A DNA stretch of 63,974 nucleotides, the filler included, from Octopus bimaculoides (taxonomy: Eukaryota): NCBI RefSeq assembly GCF_001194135.2. It is 7 parts of 7 records of this genome, joined end to end, with 100 filler letters (N's around TTAATTAATTAA, not from the genome) between each part and the next. Parts side by side here need not be neighbours in the genome. Positions count along the whole stretch, not along the records: positions 24,521 to 40,024 come from NC_068981.1; positions 40,125 to 50,995 come from NC_069003.1; positions 51,096 to 61,497 come from NC_069002.1; 4 more parts are not named here. The stretch is one strand, 5' to 3'. Each line of letters starts with the position of its first letter. Positions within the stretch are counted from its first letter, which is position 1. Made by a program: the position numbers and the translations under genes. Below, one piece after another: positions 38,022 through 52,563 of this stretch. The notes under the pieces are model-generated. The model did no database searches, was not told the DNA's origin, and saw nothing but the letters and a program-made list of their open reading frames with translations.

Positions 38022-38757
38022 CTCTCTCACTTCCCGAGCGTTAAACTAATACATCTGTTTGTTATTTACACACCCGTCTTCGTTTATTTTTTTTTTTTTT
38101 AGTAAATTCTCACTATATACATATATGCCTATATATATATATATATATATATATNNNNNNNNNNNNNNNNNNNNNNNNNNNNNNNNNNNNNNNNNNNNNN
38201 NNNNNNNNNNNNNNNNNNNNNNNNNNNNNNNNNNNNNNNNNNNNNNNNNNNNNNNNNNNNNNNNNNNNNNNNNNNNNNNNNNNNNNNNNNNNNNNNNNNN
38301 NNNNNNNNNNNNNNNNNNNNNNNNNNNNNNNNNNNNNNNNNNNNNNNNNNNNNNNNNNNNNNNNNNNNNNNNNNNNNNNNNNNNNNNNNNNNNNNNNNNN
38401 NNNNNNNNNNNNNNNNNNNNNNNNNNNNNNNNNNNNNNNNNNNNNNNNNNNNNNNNNNNNNNNNNNNNNNNNNNNNNNNNNNNNNNNNNNNNNNNNNNNN
38501 NNNNNNNNNNNNNNNNNNNNNNNNNNNNNNNNNNNNNNNNNNNNNNNNNNNNNNNNNNNNNNNNNNNNNNNNNNNNNNNNNNNNNNNNNNNNNNNNNNNN
38601 NNNNNNNNNNNNNNNNNNNNNNNNNNNNNNNNNNNNNNNNNNNNNNNNNNNNNNNNNNNNNNNNNNNNNNNNNNNNNNNNNNNNNNNNNNNNNNNNNNNN
38701 NNNNNNNNNNNNNNNNNNNNNNNNNNNNNNNNNNNNNNNNNNNNNNNNNNNNNNNNN

Positions 38758-38824
<67 letters not shown>

Positions 38825-39519
38825 TCAAGAGTTGAACTCACAGGATATTTATCGTAATTCTCTAAATTAGAATTACTAAATTATAAAATTTTCCATGTTG
38901 TGCAAAGCGATTTTCTTAGGTTAATCCTTAAATTCCGTCATAACATCGAGAGTTCATCGATTATTTTAGCAATACATTTCGTATTCTTGCTTAGTTCAAT
39001 CGAAGGAAATTATATAAACCACAACCAAAGTTATAGCACATTCATAATTTAATTTGGACTGATGGGCATGTTAATGGGCAAAACGGTAAGAAGACCAGTT
39101 TCGCTGTGATATAATAAAATTCTGAAATACATGATATACATACTAAGTATATATACGCAAACTTTCAGAGGGGAAAATGTCAGAAAACTAATTCTCTCCT
39201 TCTTATAACTTAATGTATTTCGAGTAATTAACTTATGATCATTGCATCGTAAAGAGCTGGAACGAATATCAGAAGTGTCTGTGACTTTGATGATTCTCTT
39301 ATTCCGCCATCCTCAATGATAATAATAATCTCCTGCAAGGAGATGCATGTTTATCTTGATATGAGATCACTATATATGGTTGTGATGCATGTGCCTGTTG
39401 TACCCTTAGAAGACGGGTAGTCATGATGGGTATACTAGGCTTCATATATTTGTACACCTGTGTCACTTTGATGGCATTCACTGCTCTCTACTCAATAATA
39501 ATAATAATAATAATAATAA

Positions 39520-39745
39520 TAATCCTTTCTACTATAGGCACAAGGCCTGAATTTGGAAGAGGGGTAGGGTAAGTCGATTATATTGACCCCAGTGCACTAG
39601 ATGGTACTTAATTTATCGACTCCGAAAGGAGGAAAGGTAATTTCGACCCAGACGGAATTTGAATTAAGAGCATAAAGACGGACGAAATGCCGCTAAGCAT
39701 TTTGTTCGGGCGTGCTAACGATATTTTAAGTTCACTGCCTTAATA
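39520..39745 (-). mobile_element. SINE family A between TAA runs
   Basis: Reverse-complement match. Confidence 0.8.
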
Positions 39746-39786
39746 ATGCTACTACTACTACTAATAATAATAATAATAACAATAAC

Positions 39787-39858
<72 letters not shown>

Positions 39859-39859
<1 letters not shown>

Positions 39860-40024
39860 CTAAAAATGACATATACGCTAAAAATGACAAAGAGCTGGAA
39901 ACACTACTACAGACAGTACATAGCTTTACCAAGGAAATAGATATGAAATTCGGATTAGAAAAATGTGCCAAAGCAAACCTGAAAAGAGGAAAATTAGTTA
40001 AAAGTAGCAACATAACACTAGATA
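39859..40024 (+). mobile_element. R4/Dong-type RT fragment starting immediately after a long (TAA)n run; cut by join
   Basis: IYAKNDKELETLLQTVHSFTKEIDMKFGLEKCAKANLKRGKLV = RT segment following the YMDD motif. Confidence 0.75.
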
Positions 40025-40124
40025 NNNNNNNNNNNNNNNNNNNNNNNNNNNNNNNNNNNNNNNNNNNNTTAATTAATTAANNNNNNNNNNNNNNNNNNNN
40101 NNNNNNNNNNNNNNNNNNNNNNNN
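40025..40124. other. Artificial scaffold join
   Basis: Same 100-bp spacer. Confidence 0.95.
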
Positions 40125-41743
40125 GAGGTGATAAACCCGCAGTTAAGCCCCGTGAATAAACCGGATCGCTATTTCGACTTCGTATCACCGGTGAAACTCT
40201 CACTCTCTCAATTTTCTTTCACCTTCAATCCTCCTACTGATTTAGAAGTATTGTTAGAACGAGTTTTGTTGTGTCTGGGGAGAGTCATACTGCTTTAATA
40301 TCTAACACACTCACCGGTTCAATTTCCACTCATTTATTATTTCCTTTCCGTAACCCTGGATAGGGGCCCATACCGGGTACTGTCAGCCGGAGCCAGCTGA
40401 GTCCGGGACTCGTGTCAGGCAGGGTCGTCACTCCCTGAAGTAGTGAAGAAAATCGCTACCCACTACCTTCCTCCACAGAACCGGTATGAAGCACTTATCC
40501 AATAATTGTTCTTGGGAATGTCTTTCCTGCTCAGTGTTTTCCTCCCTGCTCCTTTCAACTTCTAACTAAGCAGCAGTAACAACAACAGCAACAGCAAAAA
40601 GCGAATGTAGAGGATAAAATCTGCTGGAATCCTGGTGGAATTTGAACTTAGAATTGTTACACAGAGCACTTGAAACGCGCAGGTCATCCGTCCCACACCG
40701 CTCTCGCTCTCCTCACATATTTTACTACCAGTTTCAAGTAATGGATCTGTGTTGTTGGATGACACCAGTTGATTGACAGAAATTATAACGTCGCTTTTTG
40801 ACATTATTACCGTGTCACAGACCGAGTGACCTTTCCAATAGCCATGGCTCGGAAATTGGTAAGCTTGTTCTACTACGGTGTGTAAGATGGGTCAACTATT
40901 CCTTAGTGTGTCACAAAGTACTCTTTCTCCCTTCCTCCTTCCTCCCCCTATTTTCATTCACATCTCTCTTTCGCCCTTTTTGCCTCATCCTCTCTCCCTC
41001 TGAACCTCTCATTAACTCTCTATATATATATACATACATATGTGTGTGTGTGNNNNNNNNNNNNNNNNNNNNNNNNNNNNNNNNNNNNNNNNNNNNNNNN
41101 NNNNNNNNNNNNNNNNNNNNNNNNNNNNNNNNNNNNNNNNNNNNNNNNNNNNNNNNNNNNNNNNNNNNNNNNNNNNNNNNNNNNNNNNNNNNNNNNNNNN
41201 NNNNNNNNNNNNNNNNNNNNNNNNNNNNNNNNNNNNNNNNNNNNNNNNNNNNNNNNNNNNNNNNNNNNNNNNNNNNNNNNNNNNNNNNNNNNNNNNNNNN
41301 NNNNNNNNNNNNNNNNNNNNNNNNNNNNNNNNNNNNNNNNNNNNNNNNNNNNNNNNNNNNNNNNNNNNNNNNNNNNNNNNNNNNNNNNNNNNNNNNNNNN
41401 NNNNNNNNNNNNNNNNNNNNNNNNNNNNNNNNNNNNNNNNNNNNNNNNNNNNNNNNNNNNNNNNNNNNNNNNNNNNNNNNNNNNNNNNNNNNNNNNNNNN
41501 NNNNNNNNNNNNNNNNNNNNNNNNNNNNNNNNNNNNNNNNNNNNNNNNNNNNNNNNNNNNNNNNNNNNNNNNNNNNNNNNNNNNNNNNNNNNNNNNNNNN
41601 NNNNNNNNNNNNNNNNNNNNNNNNNNNNNNNNNNNNNNNNNNNNNNNNNNNNNNATCTATCTATCTATCTATCTATCTGTCTGTTTGTCTATGACAAGCT
41701 GCATTCCCTTCAGTCTCCCTCTGTGTTTGTCTGTCTGTCTGCC

Positions 41744-41803
<60 letters not shown>

Positions 41804-42709
41804 TCTCTCTCTCCATCTCTCTTTCTCACGTATGCACGCGCGCACACACAGCGGTTCGGCAAAAAGTCGATAGAATAAGTGTCAAACTTCAAAAGAATGT
41901 TAGGTGCTGGGGTCGACAAAATCTCTTTAAAAATTGTGCTCCAGCATGGCCGCTCTCCAATGACAGGAACAAGTAAAAATGTCAAATTACAGCATTTGAT
42001 AATGCAGTCTTAAATTCACTGACACGTTGTCTAAAAAAATATGGAACGGCCACGGCTGAAACGCTTTAAACGCTTTGATGAGGACTGACATAGGGGACAA
42101 AAAAGCAACTTGTTGGTATCCATTTGTTATTCGTATATTTTTATTCTATTTTATTTTATTTTATTTTATTGGTTTGGTGTACAAGGTGTTGTCTTCATGG
42201 TCTTCATACACGCTTCGATACAGGTGAGGGTGTCACGGCCAACGCCCTTCCCGTACTCCCCGATGCGGAATGGTAGCTTATATCGGTGATGAGAGACACC
42301 TCATCACTGCAGTCATTGTGACTTTTGTTTTTCTTTCCATTCACCAAACTCAAAACAGTCACACTTCATCAAACTCACCTGTCTACTGTTTTCCACTCTT
42401 TTGTTGTCTACGTCTATCTCTTCCCACCATCTGTATCTCACTATGTCCAATCTGTTTTTTTTAAACAACAAACTCTGCCCAGCTCCAAACCCACGTTTAT
42501 TGCTGATAGTCATCCCCTCACAGTGCAACCTTCATCCCCCCCTTTTTTTCAACCCCTTTTTATTCATCGTTGCTTTTTAATCTCAATCCCTCACCATCAC
42601 CGAGATGAAGAGTGCAGGTGGGTAAGTCAATAAGGTAGTGAACAACCGGCTGGGAGTTCGTACCACGCTGAGCGGTCACTTAGGTCTAAGTAGGTATGGC
42701 ACACAGAGT

Positions 42710-43030
42710 ACCTTTTATCCTTTAACTAGTTTCGGTCATTCGACTGCGGCCATGCTGGGACATCGGTTTTAGCCGAAGGAATGGCCCCCAGGGCATTTTT
42801 CTTATTCATTCCATCGGGTCTCTTTTGTCGAACCGCTTAGTTACGGGAGCGTAAAGAGATCAACTTCGATTGTCAAGTGGTGATGGAGAATAAGCACAAA
42901 CACAGCGATACCCACACACACACACAATGGGCTTCCACACAGTTTTCGTCTACTAAATTCACTCGCAAGACATTGGGCAGCCCGAGTTTATAGTGAACAA
43001 CACTTGCCCAAGGTATCCCACATGCATTCG
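42710..43030 (-). mobile_element. Diverged SINE family B
   Basis: Degenerate consensus match. Confidence 0.7.
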
Positions 43031-43950
43031 CACACACACAATACTTCTCTCTAGACATACATACATACATACGCTTATATACAGATGCAAATGCATACAT
43101 AAGTACACATATATATATGTATGTATAGACATTCACACACACACACACACATGCACATGCATACACGTCCGCACTAACCCACGCACATGTTTACATACTT
43201 ACACATACATACCCCTCATTCACACAAACACACATACACACACTCAGACACACACACACAGACACACACATGTGTGTGTATATATATATATAGATATATA
43301 CATATATACACACACACACACATTCACACACATACGTACATACGCGTAAACGTCTACGCTTAGCCGCGTACAAACACATACATTAACACGTACGCACCTA
43401 CAGCAATTTTACATTAGTACTCCATAGCATGGCAACAACCTTCTTAATGCCATATTTCCTCATTGTTTCTCTGAGAGCCGACCCATCAGCCATAGGCGCA
43501 CCATCACCTCTTCTCTCCCCCCTCTCCCCACTCTCTCTCTGTCTCTCACTATATATATATACACACACATATATACATATTTATATATATATGTCTGTCT
43601 GTCTGTGCTTCCAGCGTTGCCTTTCCAGATTATAATCTGGCACAGTTTAAAGTGGATTTACAAACTCGGTTTCCTTTTATGCATTTCAGTTTTCATAGTC
43701 CAACAGTACAGAGGAAATCCCTCTGTTTACTAGGAGGAAACAGGCTTTTTTCTTTACTGTCTGTTCCAAGATGGACATACACACACACACACATACATAC
43801 ACACATAGACATTGTTTATTAATTAAGGTATACGTTATAAGGTAAATATACATACGCATACCACATACTTGCAATGATAAACGTACAGTGACAGTTCAGC
43901 AAACACATATATCTTCACACAAGTATAGACACAACACGCGCGCGCGCGCA

Positions 43951-44032
<82 letters not shown>

Positions 44033-44139
44033 ATGCTTTCACTCTTCCACATAATCACTGATTATGCGTACAAACTTATTGAGCGAACATAGACAGATGT
44101 GTAAATATATATTTACACATATACGAACTTCAGTGTGTG

Positions 44140-44179
<40 letters not shown>

Positions 44180-44181
<2 letters not shown>

Positions 44182-44550
44182 AAGACTTGTGGCTTAGTGG
44201 TTACAGCGTCCGGCTCACAATCATGAGGTACTGAGTTCTATTCCCGGACCGGGCTGTGTGTTGTGTTCTTGAGCAAGACGCTTTATTTCATGTTGCTCCA
44301 GTTGACTCAGCTGTAGAAATGAGTTGCAATGTCACTGGTGTCAAGCTGTATTGGCCCCTTTTGCCTGTCCCTTGGATAAGATNNNNNNNNNNTCAAGCTG
44401 TATTGGCCCCTTTTGCCTGTCCCTTGGATAAGATCAGTGGCGTGGAGAGGGGAGGCTGGTATGCATGGGCAGCTGCTGGTCTTCCATGGACAACCCCCTC
44501 CGGACTTGTAACTCGGAGGGGAACTTTCTAGGTGCAATCCCATGGTCTCT
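44180..44550 (+). mobile_element. SINE family C
   Basis: A/B-box-like head ggcttagtggtt...gagttctattcc and family body. Confidence 0.8.
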
Positions 44551-44628
44551 CATAACGGAATTTGGGGTCTATTCTCTTACCCTTATACATACATACATAC
44601 TCACACATATATATATTAGTCTCCCTCA

Positions 44629-44663
<35 letters not shown>

Positions 44664-45903
44664 CACACACTGACATAAACGTACAGTACAACATACCCTT
44701 ATCTTGGTCTAGCTAATCGTGACCATGCAAGACAAAGATATTAGCAAGATGAAGGTTTGTACGTCTCCATTTGTGGACTTCGTATCTCCAGTGGTGAAGA
44801 TAAAAGAAGTATGCCCAAGACATTTCGTAGGACCTCCATTACTACTTGATCCCAAAACTAAAATTCTTTCATTTCGTTCATTGTGAGCTGTTGGTGTTTA
44901 ACCTCAGGTCAGCTCTGACCAGGTCCGTTGCCAGACTTTGGTGTTAGGCAGGGGTGCTTCGAATATTCATTGAACAGTGAGGAGTCAGTGCTGTCCAGTG
45001 CAACCCCTTAGCCATGGGCATGGTCCTGATTGAGAAAGACGTTCGAACAGGGACGTTTCGAAAATAACTATTCCAGCGTCTTCTCAGGCATAATACTGCA
45101 TCTAGGACCATATTAACCAAAGAAACCCTTTTACTTCCTTTCTTTTAAGATAATAAGGTGTGTGATTTAGGGAGAGATTTAGCTGGGATGTCTAACAGGG
45201 CAAAAGACTTACATAGAACCTGCTAGCTCCTAAATGAAAAAAAAAGAACTCTATTGGGATGGCTAAATTCACACGTGTACACACACACACACGTTCCTAT
45301 ACACACACACGCAAAACGCATACGCCAAGAACACACACACACACACACACACACACAAATAAATAGATACATAAACACACACACACACACACCATACTTT
45401 TTTCTGTTTCTGTTTGTTTGTGAAGCCATTGCTTGTGAACTTATTCAGTCGCTGTCGATCGATGTGTCAACAGGGTATTAACAGTTGCTATAGAAACCAC
45501 CAAGGTAGCCTACACACACATACACACACACACACACACTCACAGGGTGTGTGTGTGTGTGTGTGTGATGTATCTGTTTTATTTTTATTTGTTGGCGTGG
45601 TGGGCGGGTGGAGTGGTGGGTGGAGTGGGGGTGGGTGGAGTGTTTGGGGGTAAGATCGGGGTTGTTAGCGGTGTTGATGTAGAGATTTACATAGAATATT
45701 TAAAGTCAATAAAGATATACTACAGCCCTGTCTGTCTGTTTGTCTGAGATTGTTAAGAAATCATAAAAACAACAACAACAACACGCACACACAATTACAT
45801 CTATGCATACATACAAGCGTATATATATATATATAAAGACATACACATATATTTGTATATATATATATATGTGTGTGTCTATATATAGACATACACATAT
45901 TTG

Positions 45904-45938
<35 letters not shown>

Positions 45939-45998
45939 CTGTGTGTACATATCTATATATATATATGTGTGTATGTATATATATATATATATATGTGT

Positions 45999-46040
<42 letters not shown>

Positions 46041-46043
46041 ATG

Positions 46044-46074
<31 letters not shown>

Positions 46075-46197
46075 GTATGTATGTATGTATGTACTTATGA
46101 TGTTTCTGATTTCCATAAAGACCATGTTTACCGTCTTTTATGGCACACTGACATTAAATTAGACAGTCCGGTGTATATTTGTGTGTGTGTGTGTGTT

Positions 46198-46254
<57 letters not shown>

Positions 46255-47034
46255 AGGAGAGAGAGGTGGACAGAAAGAGAGACAGATATAAAAAAAGGGG
46301 GTCGTGTGGACGTGCGTGAGCATTTTATTTAATTCTTAAAGAATCCATATGGTTTGTTGATGGTTAATGGTACAGGGTGTGGCGATGACAGTGATGTAGT
46401 TTTGGCGATGGTTGAGTGTTGATGACGGAGCTAGTAGCATTGGGAGTCGGGAGTGGTGGGGTGGTTTTCTATTGTTATGTTGCTGGTGTTGGCGATAGTG
46501 ATGTAAGTAGCGGTGGTGGTGGCGGTGCTGGTTGTGGTGGTGGTGGTGTTGATGGATGGACGTAGTAGCGACGGAAGTGTTGGTGCTGGTGGTGGTATTG
46601 GTGGTAGTAGTGGTGGTGGTTTTGGCTGAGGATTTTGTTGATGGTGGTGGTGGTGGTGGTGGTGGAAATGTTGAAAGTACCGGTGTTGGTGGTGATAATG
46701 ATGGTGATGGTGATAGTGATGATGGTACGGTATGGTAGTGGTGGTGGTGGTAGCGTCAGTCAAACTTGATGTGTTTGGCAATAAATAAATGAATAAATAG
46801 ATAAACAGAACAAACATGGAGTGTATTGTTGTGGTTGAGGGAGATCCACCTGAGAAACAGCCGTGCGACGAGCTTTTATAGGTTGGGGTGGATGAGTGGG
46901 CGTGTGAAGTAAAAGATCCCCTCGTGAACTTCTACAAACTTCATGTATATATTTCTATTAAATAACAATCTGCCCGACCTGGAGAGACAACACTAGCCAT
47001 CTATCTATCTATCTATCTATCTCTTAATCTACCC

Positions 47035-47090
<56 letters not shown>

Positions 47091-47179
47091 TTCTACCTGT
47101 CTATCTGCCGGTCTGTCTGTCTGTATGTCTATCTTATCTATCTGTCTGTCTGTATTTATGTATGTATGTATGTATAAGC

Positions 47180-47610
47180 GCAGGCATGGCTGTGTGTGGT
47201 AAGAAGCTTGCTTCTCAGGCACGTGGTTCGGGGCTCAGTCCCACTGCGTGGCATCTACTATAACCTTGGGCCGACCAAAGTCTTGTGAATGGATTTGATA
47301 GACGGAAACTGAAAGTAACCCGTCGTATATGTGTGTGCGTGCATGTGTGTCTGTGTGTTATCTCTGTGCGTGCGTGCGTGCGTGCGTGTATGTATGTGTA
47401 TATGTGTGTCTTTGCGTCTGTGTTTGTCCCTCACTTGGCAACGGGTGTTGATATGTTTACGTCCCTTAACTTAACAGCTCGGCAAAGAGACCGATAAAAT
47501 AAGTACCAGACTTGCAAAAAATAAGTCCTGGGGTCGAATCATTCGACTGAAAAAGGAAATTATTCAAGGCAATGCCCCAGCATAGCCACAGTCTAATGAC
47601 TAAGACAACA
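47180..47610 (+). mobile_element. SINE family B
   Basis: Head gcatggctgtgtgtggtaagaagc to tail cagtctaatgactaagac. Confidence 0.8.
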
Positions 47611-49084
47611 GATAATATATATATATATCATGTGAAACGCTCGTCTTCTCCAAAGACGTTTTGCTCTTCAGCTTTCTTAGAGTTTCTTATAACCTCTGTG
47701 TGCGTGCGTGCTTCTGTGTACAACTGACGCACGCGTGCACACTCACACGCACACGCACACACAATGTACATACGTAGTATGAAAGTATACGCAACTACGG
47801 TTTATATGGGTCAACTCATTACATAAGGGATGTCCACAATGACCTCGTATTAACTAACTCCTTACATGATGAGTATACGCAAACAACTGCTGTTCAAATT
47901 CCTAAGATAACGATTTCTTTTCACAATGAATTAATTTCGTAAAGAGAGTGGTTAATAAATGATACTACCATAATTTTATTTTTTAATTAATTTATTAAGT
48001 GGCTTATTACTTAATTAAATTATTTTGCCAAATACATGTTTGTGAACAATAGCGCTGTTGGTTTATAAGTTTCTAATCGACCGATTATATTGTTTTAGTG
48101 CATTTACGACAGCGAGGGTGACAAGTTAATCTCTGTAATTTGATGTAGACACTTCGCTTGAAAAGCACCGGTTGCTCGGGGTTTTTTTCGCTGGTACTTG
48201 CATGCATAGATATATGTGTGTTTGTGCGCGCGCGCACACCCACACCCACACACATACACACACTCTCAGAGGAATACATAAACACATAAATACATACTGG
48301 TATACATGCACGTATAGAAGCATACATACATATACATATATATATATATATATACGGAGTAGATAAACAGCCGACAACTGATGAAGGGTCCTTTCTCTGT
48401 GTTTACTTGTCCTGTCCATTTTTTTCTCGTTGTTTGCGTATTTCATGTTAGTTGCACTGTTGGTGACGTCCTGTACCCATATATNNNNNNNNNNNNNNNN
48501 NNNNNNNNNNNNNNNNNNNNNNNNNNNNNNNNNNNNNNATATATATATATATATATAAAAGAGTCCACTACGTGGACTGCTAATGTGCTAGAAGAAGATC
48601 ACATGTAATGTGTCTTTTAAAACCGAATAGTTCTCAAAGAAAAATCTAGCGAAGCAAAACATACGGGCGAGACTAGTGAAAATTACAGAAATAAGTACAA
48701 AGATTATCCGTAGACCGGTTTCGAAAATAATATTTCCTTATCGAAAATATCAGGTTTCTCTTCAGTACGGACTGCCAAGGAAATATAATTCCCAGAATCA
48801 TGTACTAAGTTGTTCCCAACAAGTGAAGAACGTGTACATGGTTCTGTTAATTATATATAGGGTAAGATCCAAAAGTCTTTGTTTTGGCGCGCTAAATCCG
48901 GAAATATCTCTGCAGAAAATAATTTCCGCATCGTATTTACCAACTTTGAGAACGTAGTTATGGTTAATTAAAATAGTAGGGTAAAAAATTGGATATTAAT
49001 CAATATCAATTTAATACCAGGAAACTAGCACGTTAAAAGAATCAAGAGATTCAGAAAAAATTATCTGAGATCTCAAAAGGATTA

Positions 49085-49370
49085 TTGTATATGTAGTGCC
49101 ATATTCATGTGGTGCACTTAGGTACAGAACCATGTGGTACATATAGTGTCATTTTCATGCGGTATATTTAGCCTCATTGCCATGTGGTACAATTATATTT
49201 TTTAGCCATGTGGTACATTTAATTTTGTAACCGTGTGGTGCATTTAGTTTCATAGCAGTGTGGTACATTTAGTTTTTAACCATGTCATACATTTCATTTT
49301 ATAACCATGTGGTAAATGTAAATTTTTTAGCCATGTAGTACATTTAATTTTATAGTCCCGTGGTATTTTT
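49085..49370. repeat. Degenerate minisatellite, about 25-bp unit ccatgtggtacatttaattttttag, about 11 copies
   Basis: Direct reading. Confidence 0.8.
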
Positions 49371-50995
49371 ACGACTTCATACTTACGTAGTCTGTCCTGC
49401 TTTTCTGTTGTTTTATTATCGTAAAAACAATTTACTATTTTTGCGGTGAAACAAATAAAAATGATTTCTTTTCAAATCAAAATTGTAATAGTCTCATTTT
49501 CCTTTACCCTCATTAGCATATATTTGCATATGAAAAGAATAGCGAATCATCGAGCAAATATCACTTAATGTTTAAATATTTCTGAACTGGAAGTGAGTGG
49601 TTCCATGAAATAAACTATTGGATTTTGCCTTCGATTATCAACGCGATGTTTTCTGTGTCCATTGTTCAACAATTGCATTTAAGTTTTATAATAGACAAAG
49701 AAACAAAAGCCACTAAGCGCACACACAGTCTTTGACACATAATAAGGAATACCGAAAAAGATGTAGAAAGAAGTGTTCTTGCAGACAATGGAATTGTAAA
49801 ATAAATGAATAAATAAATGAACAAGTATAACTCATTAGTAGCAATAATTTATACTAATTAGAGAGAAATCGGTTATTGGGGAAAATGTTCCCAAACCAAT
49901 GATTATAACAGGAGGAAGGTTGATTAATTGGGAATTTAAAAAAAAAAGGTTTTTACTAAAATAAAAAAAAAGGGGGTTATATTTGTAAATTGGTAAAGGA
50001 GAAGAAAAGAAATGAGTTTTGGAAGGAAGGAAGGAAGGAGAGGAGGGGTGAGAGGAAGGAAAGGGAAGGGTAGGGGGATAGTGAAAGGGTGGGTGGAACG
50101 AAAGGTTTGTTTGGAAACAAATGAAGTTTTATCCCCTTTTTTTGTTTCGTTTATCACGCATTATTTCTAAAGATTTCACACTTTCAACGTTGGATTTTTA
50201 ATTTCATATTCCACGATCGTTTAAAAAAATACAAACCCAAAAAAAAAAATAGCAAGCTATGAAAAACCTTGTTCAATACTCATGTCTACACACACACACA
50301 CACATGCACATACACACACACGTTCTTATACATTAGGGTGTGAATGTCTCATGTAAGGTGTACATAAAGGTTGCGGGAGGGGTTGCTGGAAGAAGGGGAA
50401 AAAATTGACACCCGCTGACAAAGGGGCGGGTAACATTATAGAAGAGAAAGTGCTTGGTGTCAACTGTGATCGTTGCTTTAGAATGCATGTGTAATTAGTA
50501 AGGTCCTTCCAACAATATTGGTCGAATGGAGATATGCTTTTTATCTATAGAGAATGAAAAGAGGAGAGGAAAAAAAAAAAGGAAAAACACAAAATAAATA
50601 GAAACCAAAAAAATAAGGAAAAGTATAGAAAAGAAAAGGGGGCGTTAGCGGGAGGGTGGGTAAATATAGAGAGCTTGAACAATATGGTGGTATAACAACA
50701 GCAGTCGTGACAATGACACCAACAACGACAACAACAACAATAACAACAACAATAATGATGATAATAATAATAATAATGATAATAATAATAATAGTAATAA
50801 TAGCAGTAACAACAAGGATAAACAATGGCGGCACCAAACTACAACGACAGCAATATAAACAACAAAAACATCATAAAGAAAAATAGACCAACAAACACAC
50901 CGCCACCACCATCACACACCGCCACCACCACCACCAGCGACAATGAAGACATCAACCACATCAATAGCAACAACATTAAATGCAATACCAACGGC

Positions 50996-51095
50996 NNNNN
51001 NNNNNNNNNNNNNNNNNNNNNNNNNNNNNNNNNNNNNNNTTAATTAATTAANNNNNNNNNNNNNNNNNNNNNNNNNNNNNNNNNNNNNNNNNNNN
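50996..51095. other. Artificial scaffold join
   Basis: Same 100-bp spacer. Confidence 0.95.
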
Positions 51096-51168
51096 ATATA
51101 TATATATATATTGTTATCATTGTTTAACGTCTGCTTTCCATGCTAGCATGGGTTGGATGATTTGACTG

Positions 51169-51211
<43 letters not shown>

Positions 51212-51619
51212 TAGACTATCCATGACCTATTGAGTTACCAGAAAACTTTGAGTTTCCCAGCAAAAGAGTTTTGGTTTGTGGGTTTTTTTTCTTTTCCTGG
51301 TTATATGCTTTCAAATGAATGTGGCACCAAAATCATGCATAAACAGCTCCTTTCCCAGAAAAGGAAAGATTTGACTGCTATTTATTGCATGCTGTGCTAC
51401 CATGTAACAGGTATTTTGGGTCCTTTATGTGATAGCTGTTATGTGATAGCAGGGCGTGCTAGAAATAACAGCCAAATCTTTGGAGGTCAGATACGATGAA
51501 TGCACTCACAAAAAAAAACCTAAGGCAAAAAAACTATTTCACATTGAGGTTACAAACAGGTCTATATGAAATATTTACTGCATTTTTGAAGTAATTTTCA
51601 CTTTAAAATATTTTTTAAA

Positions 51620-51790
51620 TATGCCAAAAAAATGTTTGTAATGGTGTCAAATCACAATCCCCTTCAGGTATATGGCCTTGCTCGATCTGTAGAAAAGGTG
51701 TGGGTAGAAAAGGTATGGGTAGAAACGCCATATGATGTACTTGGTGTAAGCTATGGACACATAAAAGGTGCAGCAATATCAAAGGAAAGT
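51620..51790 (-). mobile_element. RTE/RTEX LINE fragment with Cys/His finger
   Basis: Homologous to 58400-58680; decayed CxxC...CxxC..WxHxxC. Confidence 0.6.
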
Positions 51791-51804
51791 TAACAGGCGC
51801 AAGA

Positions 51805-52205
51805 GTGGCAGTGTGGTAAGTAGCTTGCTTACCAACCACATGGTTCCGGGTTTAGTCCCGCTGGGTGACACCTTGGGCAAGTGTCTTCTACTATAGCCTC
51901 GGGCCGACCAAAGTCTTGTGAGTGGATTTGGTAGAGGGAAACTGAAAGAAGCCCGACGTATATATGCATATATATATANNNNNNNNNNNNNNNNNNNNNN
52001 NNNNNNNNNNNNNNNNNNNNNNNNNNNNNNNNNNNNNNNNNNNNNNNNNNNNNNNNNNNNNNNNGCGGTTCGGCAAAAAGAGACCGAAAGAATAAGTACT
52101 AGGCTTACAAAGAATAAGTCCTGGGGTCGATTTCCTCGACTAAAGTCGGTGCTCCAGCATGGCCACAGTCAAATGACTGAAACTAGTAAAAGAATAAAAG
52201 AATGC
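51805..52205 (+). mobile_element. SINE family B with N gap in its internal microsatellite
   Basis: Both halves match consensus around the gap. Confidence 0.85.
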
Positions 52206-52563
52206 TGTGGGGTAGGATGCTTGCACACACACATACACAAATAAGCTTCTTTCAGTTTCCATCTCCCAAATCCATTCACAAAGCTTTTGGTTGGTCGAAG
52301 GCTATAGTAGGAGACAATTGTTCAAAGGGCCACGCAGTGGGACTGAAGGACTGAACATGGAACAACGTAGTTCAGAAACAAACTTCTTACCACACAGCCA
52401 TACCTGCGCCTTTGCAGTCATTAAATATGTGAAAGATTTCAAATGATGATTAAATTCTTCAAACAATAAATGGCTCTTAGTTTTCCACAAGAAAACCAGG
52501 AATTTTTCCATGCAAAGAAAAAAAACAAAACACCAAAAAACAAGAAGATATTTCTGATCTTAC

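Noticed and set aside
44341-44435. 42-bp direct repeat around a 10-N gap (similar at 12120-12190)
   Set aside because: Duplicated contig ends across a minimum-size gap; assembly overlap artefact.
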